From an uncultured Chloroflexia bacterium (GTDB taxonomy: Bacteria > Chloroflexota > Limnocylindria > Limnocylindrales > CSP1-4): a DNA stretch of 64,000 bases. Of this stretch, positions 58,970 through 64,000 are shown in pieces; the stretch's first letter is position 1; every line of letters begins with the position of its first letter. The position numbers and the translations under genes were made by a program. Below the pieces are notes generated by a model that was not told the origin of the DNA, did not search any database, and was given only the letters and a program-made list of their open reading frames with translations. The stretch is from assembly GCA_963813305.1 (NCBI GenBank), contig CAWEYP010000012.1, forward strand, positions 11,601-75,600, written 5' to 3'.

Positions 58970-60051
58970 CCACGGAACCCGATCTCCGTCGCGACGCGGC
59001 CGCGTGGGACGCCTTCGTCGAAGGCACCGAGCACGGGTCGTACCTGCAGCTCGACGGCTGGGCGCGGGTCAAGGCGCCGAACGGCTGGCTTGCGCGCCGG
59101 GTGGTCGCCGGCGGGCCGGGGGAGCGGATCGGGCTCCAGCTCCTGCTGCGGCGGCCGCGTCCGCTCCCGTGGGCCTACGGCTATGCGCCCCGGGGACCGG
59201 TGGCCGAGGCGTGGACGGCGCCGGCGATCGGCGCGCTGACCGCGGCTCTGCGCGAGGCGGGCCCCGGCTTCGGCCGCGTCTCGCACGTGCGCATCGATCC
59301 CGAGGTGGAGGCCGACGGGCCACACGACACCGGCGGAGCCCTCCGCGCCGCGCTCGAGGGCGCGGGCTGGCGGACCGCCCCGTCCATCCAGCCGCCGACG
59401 AGCCGGGTCGTCGACCTGGCGGCCGGCGAGGACGCGCTGTGGTCCGACCTGCGCAAGAAGTGGCGCCAGTACGTGAACAAGGCGCGCACGAGCGGCGTGA
59501 CCGTCGTGGAGCTCCCGGGCGACCCGATCCCGCCCTTCTACGAGATCTACCGGGAGACCGCGCAGCGGGCGGGGTTCCTGATCCGGGTGGAGCAGGCCTA
59601 CCGCGACGTCCACGCGGCGTTCGCCCCCGACGGCCGGGCGAGGATCCTCTTCGCCGTCGCCCCCGACGGCACGCCGCTCGCCAGCCTCTTCCTCGTCCGC
59701 TGCGGACGCCGGGTCGTCGAGCCCTACGGGGGCATGACCGCCGTCGGCGCGGAGCTGCGGGCCAACTACCTCCTGAAGTGGGAGGCGATCCGGCGCGCCC
59801 GCGACGAGGGCGCCGCCACCTACGACCTGTGGGGCCTGGCGCATCCGGGGATCGCCCACTTCAAGGCCGGCTTCGGCGGCCGCGAGGTCCGCTACGTCGG
59901 CGGCTGGGACCTGGTGCTGGACCCGCGCGGCCGGCGCGTCTTCGAGACGGCCCAGCGCGCGCGCGTCCGGTGGGCGCGGGCGCGGGCAGGCCTCGGGCCC
60001 GGCGGGGCCGCGTCCGGCTCCGCGACGGGCGATGGCGGGGACGCCGGATGA
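58966..60051 (+). CDS. FemAB-family peptidoglycan aminoacyl/peptidyl transferase (FemX-like), copy 1
   Basis: ATG 58966 overlaps the murJ stop (ATGA). Family pattern: SYLQLDGWARVK, LWSDLRKKWRQYVNKA, YGGMTAVGAELRANYLLKWEAI and YDLWGL...FKAGFGG. Confidence 0.8.
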   Translation: MTTEPDLRRDAAAWDAFVEGTEHGSYLQLDGWARVKAPNGWLARRVVAGGPGERIGLQLLLRRPRPLPWAYGYAPRGPVAEAWTAPAIGALTAALREAGPGFGRVSHVRIDPEVEADGPHDTGGALRAALEGAGWRTAPSIQPPTSRVVDLAAGEDALWSDLRKKWRQYVNKARTSGVTVVELPGDPIPPFYEIYRETAQRAGFLIRVEQAYRDVHAAFAPDGRARILFAVAPDGTPLASLFLVRCGRRVVEPYGGMTAVGAELRANYLLKWEAIRRARDEGAATYDLWGLAHPGIAHFKAGFGGREVRYVGGWDLVLDPRGRRVFETAQRARVRWARARAGLGPGGAASGSATGDGGDAG

Positions 60052-61238
60052 GCGCCGTGGCCGGGCCGACGGGCGCCCCGTCCCCGTCCGTCGGCGTGCT
60101 CCGCGAAGCGGTCCAGGCCGACCTCGACGGCTGGGACGCCCGCACGGTGGACGTCCCCGGGGGTGATGTCCAGCAGTCGCTGGCCTGGGCGGCGCATCGC
60201 GAGCGGACTGGCTGGGAGGCGCATCGGCTGCTCCTCGACGACGGCTCCGCGGCCCTCGTGCTCGGCCGCCGGTGGCGGATGCTCGGCGGCGGCCGCGCCT
60301 ACGTCCCGAAGGGGCCGGTCACGGGCGGCGCGTCGCCGGAGGCAGTTGCGGCCCGCCTGGCAGGGATCGCCGCCTGGGCCCGCGGAGCGGGCTTCGACGT
60401 CGTGACCGCCGACCCCGAGATCCCGGCCGCCACCGGGTTCCCCGCGCTCCTTGCCGGGATCGGGTTCCGGGAGGTCGAGGAGATCGGCCCGTCGCGCCAC
60501 CGCGTGGGCGTCGCGATCCCCCCCGGCGCGAGCGATCCGCTCCTCCTCGACGGCATGGCCCCGAAGACCCGCCAGCAGCTCCTCGCGGCCGAGCGACGCG
60601 GGGTCCGCGTCGTGCGCTACGACCGCCTCGCCGGTGACGACCCGGGCCCCGGCCTCGAAGCTCCGGCGCCCGCCCGGCTGGCCGACGCCGCGGAGGACGC
60701 CTTCGGCCGATTCCATGCCCTCCTCGTGGCGACGGGAGCGCGACGCGGCTTCCGGGTCGGCAGCCCGCCCGTCGCCCTCGCCTGGTGGCGTGCCGCGCTC
60801 GAGGCGGGTCACCTGCTCCTCCTGGAGGCACGGGGGGCCGAGGACGAGCCCGTCGCGGCGGCGATCTTCTACCGGCACGGCGAGCGCCTGACCTACAGCC
60901 ATTCCGGCGACGTGGCCGCCCTCCGGTCGGCGTACCCGGGCTCGATGGGCCTCGTCCTGTGGCGCGCGCTCCAGGTCGCGGCCCGCGAGGGCCGCGGCGA
61001 GCTGGACCTGGGCGGCGTCGACGTCCGGGGCGCCCGGCGCGAGCCGCTGCCGGGCGAGCCGACGTACGGGCTGCTCCGGTTCAAGCAGTCCCTCGGGGGA
61101 AGCTGGATCGAGCTCTCCGGGGCGCACGAGCGCGTCCTGCGACGCCCGCGCCACGCCATCGCCTCCGGGACGCAGCGGGCCGCCCGGGCCGTCCGCGCCG
61201 TCCCGCGCGCCCTCGGCCGCCGCGGCGGAGCGGCATGA
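60048..61238 (+). CDS. FemAB-family transferase, copy 2 (more divergent)
   Basis: ATG 60048 overlaps the copy-1 stop (ATGA). Pattern: QQSLAWAAHRE, MAPKTRQQLLAAERRG, YSHSGDVAALRSAYPGSMGLVLWRAL and LLRFKQSLGG. Confidence 0.7.
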   Translation: MSAVAGPTGAPSPSVGVLREAVQADLDGWDARTVDVPGGDVQQSLAWAAHRERTGWEAHRLLLDDGSAALVLGRRWRMLGGGRAYVPKGPVTGGASPEAVAARLAGIAAWARGAGFDVVTADPEIPAATGFPALLAGIGFREVEEIGPSRHRVGVAIPPGASDPLLLDGMAPKTRQQLLAAERRGVRVVRYDRLAGDDPGPGLEAPAPARLADAAEDAFGRFHALLVATGARRGFRVGSPPVALAWWRAALEAGHLLLLEARGAEDEPVAAAIFYRHGERLTYSHSGDVAALRSAYPGSMGLVLWRALQVAAREGRGELDLGGVDVRGARREPLPGEPTYGLLRFKQSLGGSWIELSGAHERVLRRPRHAIASGTQRAARAVRAVPRALGRRGGAA

Positions 61239-61281
61239 GCGGGCGGCGGGCCCGGCCGGTGGGCAGCGGGGAGCGTCGTCG

Positions 61282-62925
61282 ATGAGCGATGGCGGCGAAG
61301 CGGCACTGCGGGCGGTGCTCGCGGCGGCCGAGCCGGCAGGTCCGCGGGCCCTCGGCGAGCTCGTCGCACGGCTGGCCGCGTCGGGACGGCTGCGCTCGCC
61401 CGCCCCGTCCGGGGCCGGCGAGCTGCCGATCCTCGGCATCGCCTACGACTCGCGGCGCGTCGTGCCGGGCGGTGTCTTCGTCGCCGTCCCGGGTGCCCAC
61501 GCAGACGGCCACGACTTCGTGGGCCAGGCGGTCGCCCGCGGCGCGGCCGCCGTCGTCGTGGAGCGACAGGTCCCGGCCGCCGGGGATGCGCTCCAGCTCC
61601 TCGTCGACCGGAGCCAGCACGCGCTGGCAGTCGTCGCCGCCTGGTGGTACGGCGACCCGGGGCGGGAGCTCGGCGTGATCGGGATCACCGGCACGGACGG
61701 CAAGACGACGACCGCCGGCATGGCCGTGGCGGTCCTCGAGGCATCCGGGATCGCGACCGGCCTCGTCAGCACGGCGGAGCAGAAGATCGGCCCGTTCCGC
61801 GCCGAGACGCTCGCCCATGTCACCACGCCCGAGGCGCCCGAGCTGCAGCTGGCCCTCCGGGCGATGGTGGCGGCCGGCGACGCGGCAGCCGTCGTCGAGT
61901 CGACGTCGCACGGCCTGGCCCTCGAGCGCGTCGGCGAGATCCCGTACGACGTGGCGATCTTCACGAACCTCAGCCACGAGCACCTCGAGCTCCACGGCAC
62001 CTACGAGGCCTATCGAGCGGCGAAGCGGTCGCTCTTCGAGCGTCTCGCCGGCGCGCCGGACCGCCCCGCGAAGCCGGCGACGCTGCCGGGCCGGCGGCCC
62101 TGGCCGCGGGGCGGGATCGTCAACGCCGACGACCCCGAGGCCGACGTCTTCGCCGCGGCGACGCGTGCCGCCGGGGCGCGCCTGGTGACCTGCGGCGTCG
62201 GCGGCGGCGCCGACGTGCGCGCCCTCCGCGTCGCGGAGTCGGCGGCGGGCCTGCGCGTCCAGGTGGCGACACCCCGCGGGACGGTCGACCTGCGGCTGCC
62301 GCTGGTCGGGCGCTTCAACGTCCACAACGCGCTCGCCGCCGTCGCCCTGGGCGAGCTCCTCGAGCTCGACGTCCAGGCCGTCGCCGCCGCGCTGGCCGCC
62401 TTCCCGGGCATCCGCGGTCGCATGGAGCGCATCGATCGCGGCCAGCCGTTCGCGGTGGTCGTCGACTACGCCCACACGCCGGCGTCGCTCGCGACGGCTC
62501 TCGACGCCCTCGCTCCGCTGGCGACCGGCACCGGCGGGCTGATCGCCGTCTTCGGGTCGGCGGGCGAGCGCGACGTCGCCAAGCGGGCGATCCAGGGACG
62601 TGTCGCCGGGGAGCGCTGTCGCCTTGTCGTCGCCACCGACGAGGATCCGCGTGGCGAGGACCCGCTCGCGATCCTGGGGCAGATCGCATCGGGCGCCGAG
62701 GAGGCCGGGAGGCACCGCGGCGAGAGCCTGCTCCTCGTCCCGGACCGCGAGGAGGCGATCCGGGCCGCCTTCACGAGAGCTCGTCCGGGCGACGTCGTCC
62801 TTCTTGCCGGCAAGGGCCACGAGCGGAGCATCCTCTACGCGGACCACGAGCGGCCGTGGGACGAGCGCCGGGTCGCCGAGCGGCTCCTGGCCGAGCTGGG
62901 GTACGCCGGCCCCGTGGAGGAGTAG
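61282..62925 (+). CDS. murE: UDP-N-acetylmuramoyl-L-alanyl-D-glutamate ligase MurE (Arg-containing DPR motif)
   Basis: Motifs are VIGITGTDGKTTT, ESTSHGL, IFTNLSHEHLELHG, VDYAHTP and VVATDEDPRGEDP. Intact 547 aa. Confidence 0.9.
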   Translation: MSDGGEAALRAVLAAAEPAGPRALGELVARLAASGRLRSPAPSGAGELPILGIAYDSRRVVPGGVFVAVPGAHADGHDFVGQAVARGAAAVVVERQVPAAGDALQLLVDRSQHALAVVAAWWYGDPGRELGVIGITGTDGKTTTAGMAVAVLEASGIATGLVSTAEQKIGPFRAETLAHVTTPEAPELQLALRAMVAAGDAAAVVESTSHGLALERVGEIPYDVAIFTNLSHEHLELHGTYEAYRAAKRSLFERLAGAPDRPAKPATLPGRRPWPRGGIVNADDPEADVFAAATRAAGARLVTCGVGGGADVRALRVAESAAGLRVQVATPRGTVDLRLPLVGRFNVHNALAAVALGELLELDVQAVAAALAAFPGIRGRMERIDRGQPFAVVVDYAHTPASLATALDALAPLATGTGGLIAVFGSAGERDVAKRAIQGRVAGERCRLVVATDEDPRGEDPLAILGQIASGAEEAGRHRGESLLLVPDREEAIRAAFTRARPGDVVLLAGKGHERSILYADHERPWDERRVAERLLAELGYAGPVEE

Positions 62926-62979
62926 GCTCGATCCCGGCGCGGCGGGTGCGTGAGCGCGCCCTGCTATTCTCGGCGGACC

Positions 62980-64000
62980 GATGTCGCTCGAGCAGCTGCC
63001 CGCCGCCGCTCCAACGCCGACCGAACCGCCGGCGGCAAAGCCGCGTCGCTCCTCGTCCTCGCGCCGCGACCGCCCGGAGCTCCGGCCGCTGCCGGTCCTG
63101 CGCCGGGAGCTCGTCGCCGCGGTCGCCGCCTCCGGGCCGAACGTCGACACGACGTCCGTCGGCCGTGCCTTCGACTTCGCGGTCGCCGCCCACGCAGGGC
63201 AGGTCCGTGCCACGGGCGAGCCGTACGTCACCCACCCGATCGCCGCCGCCTTCACGCTCGCCGACCTGGGCCTCGACTCCACCGCCATCGAGGCCGCCCT
63301 GCTGCACGACGTGCCCGAGGACACCGAGCGCAGCCTGGCCGACATCGAGGAGCAGTTCGGCGCCGAGGTGGCCCAGCTCGTCGACGGCGTCACGAAGCTG
63401 TCGAAGTTCTCGACCCACTCCCACGAAGAGCAGCAGGCGGAGAACATCCGGAAGATGCTCCTGGCGATGGCCCAGGACATCCGGGTCGTCCTCATCAAGC
63501 TCGCCGACCGCCTCCACAACATGCGCACCCTCGGCGGCCTGCCGCCCGAGAAGCAGCAGCGGATCGCGCGCCAGACGATGGAGATCTACGCGCCGCTGGC
63601 CGAGCGGCTGGGGATCTGGCAGGTCAAGTGGGAGCTGGAGGACCTGTCGTTCAAGGCGCTCGATCCCGAGCGCTACCGCGAGCTGGCGGCGAACCTCGAC
63701 GGGCGCCGGCGCCACCGCGAGACCTACATCGAGCGGGCGATGGCGATCCTGACCCCTGAGCTCGAGAAGGCCGGCATCGTGGCGGACCTCAACGGCCGCC
63801 CGAAGCACCTGTACAGCATCTGGAAGAAGATGCAGCGCAAGACAGCGGCCTTCGGCGAGATCTACGACGTCTACGCCATCCGGCTCCTCGTCGACGAGGT
63901 GCGCGACTGCTACGCCGCCCTCGGCGTCGTCCACAGCCTCTGGAAGCCGATCCCCGACCAGTTCGACGACTACATCGCCGTCCCCAAGCCGAACGGCTAC
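62980..64000 (+). CDS. relA: Bifunctional (p)ppGpp synthetase/hydrolase RelA/SpoT homolog, 3' end outside the window
   Basis: ATG 62980 lies 10 nt after TATTCT (62964-62969). The HD domain is THPIAAAFTLADLGLD...LLHDVPEDT with DRLHNMRTL. The synthetase domain begins GRPKHLYSIWKKM. The frame stays open to the window edge. Confidence 0.9.

Noticed and set aside
56755-60051. A 1098-aa ORF and a 744-aa ORF (59004-61238) spanning xerC, murJ and the fem genes.
   Set aside because: Only the last 361 and 396 codons respectively carry FemAB motifs. The upstream parts overlap xerC and murJ out of frame.

Overview
This is a gene-dense segment of a very GC-rich bacterial chromosome (well above 65% G+C by eye, with codon third positions almost all G/C). 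The high GC makes the six-frame track full of long spurious ORFs. I called genes only where I recognised family motifs, ribosome-binding sites or stop/start overlaps. The content is mostly housekeeping. It includes cell-wall genes (an FHA protein with rodA and a PBP; murI; murJ, two FemAB-family genes and murE) and DNA repair/recombination genes (rarA, a UvrD-type helicase fused to a Cas4-like nuclease, an MrfA/MrfB-like helicase-exonuclease pair, comM, dprA, topA, xerC). It also holds amino-acid metabolism genes (a class-V aminotransferase, serA and histidine-phosphatase operon; trpB2; tyrA; an agmatinase), proteostasis genes (ftsH, MoxR-DUF58-transglutaminase, NfeD-SPFH), ppa, ychF and relA. 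There are two REC-ParA/MinD (CpaE-like) paralogs, one RHH-PIN toxin-antitoxin pair and one tRNA(CAU). I found no transposase, prophage, CRISPR array or obvious defence island, and no convincing novel multi-gene system. The leads worth a second look are listed here. (1) A perfect LexA (Cheo-type) box sits on the predicted promoter of the mrfAB-like operon. (2) An orphan DnaB-C-terminal-like RecA-fold ATPase is followed by a 33-bp perfect direct repeat. (3) A 45-bp tandem array lies in the largest intergenic region. (4) Many TANNNT hexamers lie 6-8 nt upstream of start codons, implying leaderless mRNAs. (5) NTGA stop/start overlaps are pervasive, including a 7-codon relay ORF. (6) Indel frameshifts cluster in blocks and disrupt about 20 genes, essential ones included; this is most likely an assembly artefact. 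Genes whose frame is broken in the sequence as given are typed pseudogene, but most are probably intact in the organism.
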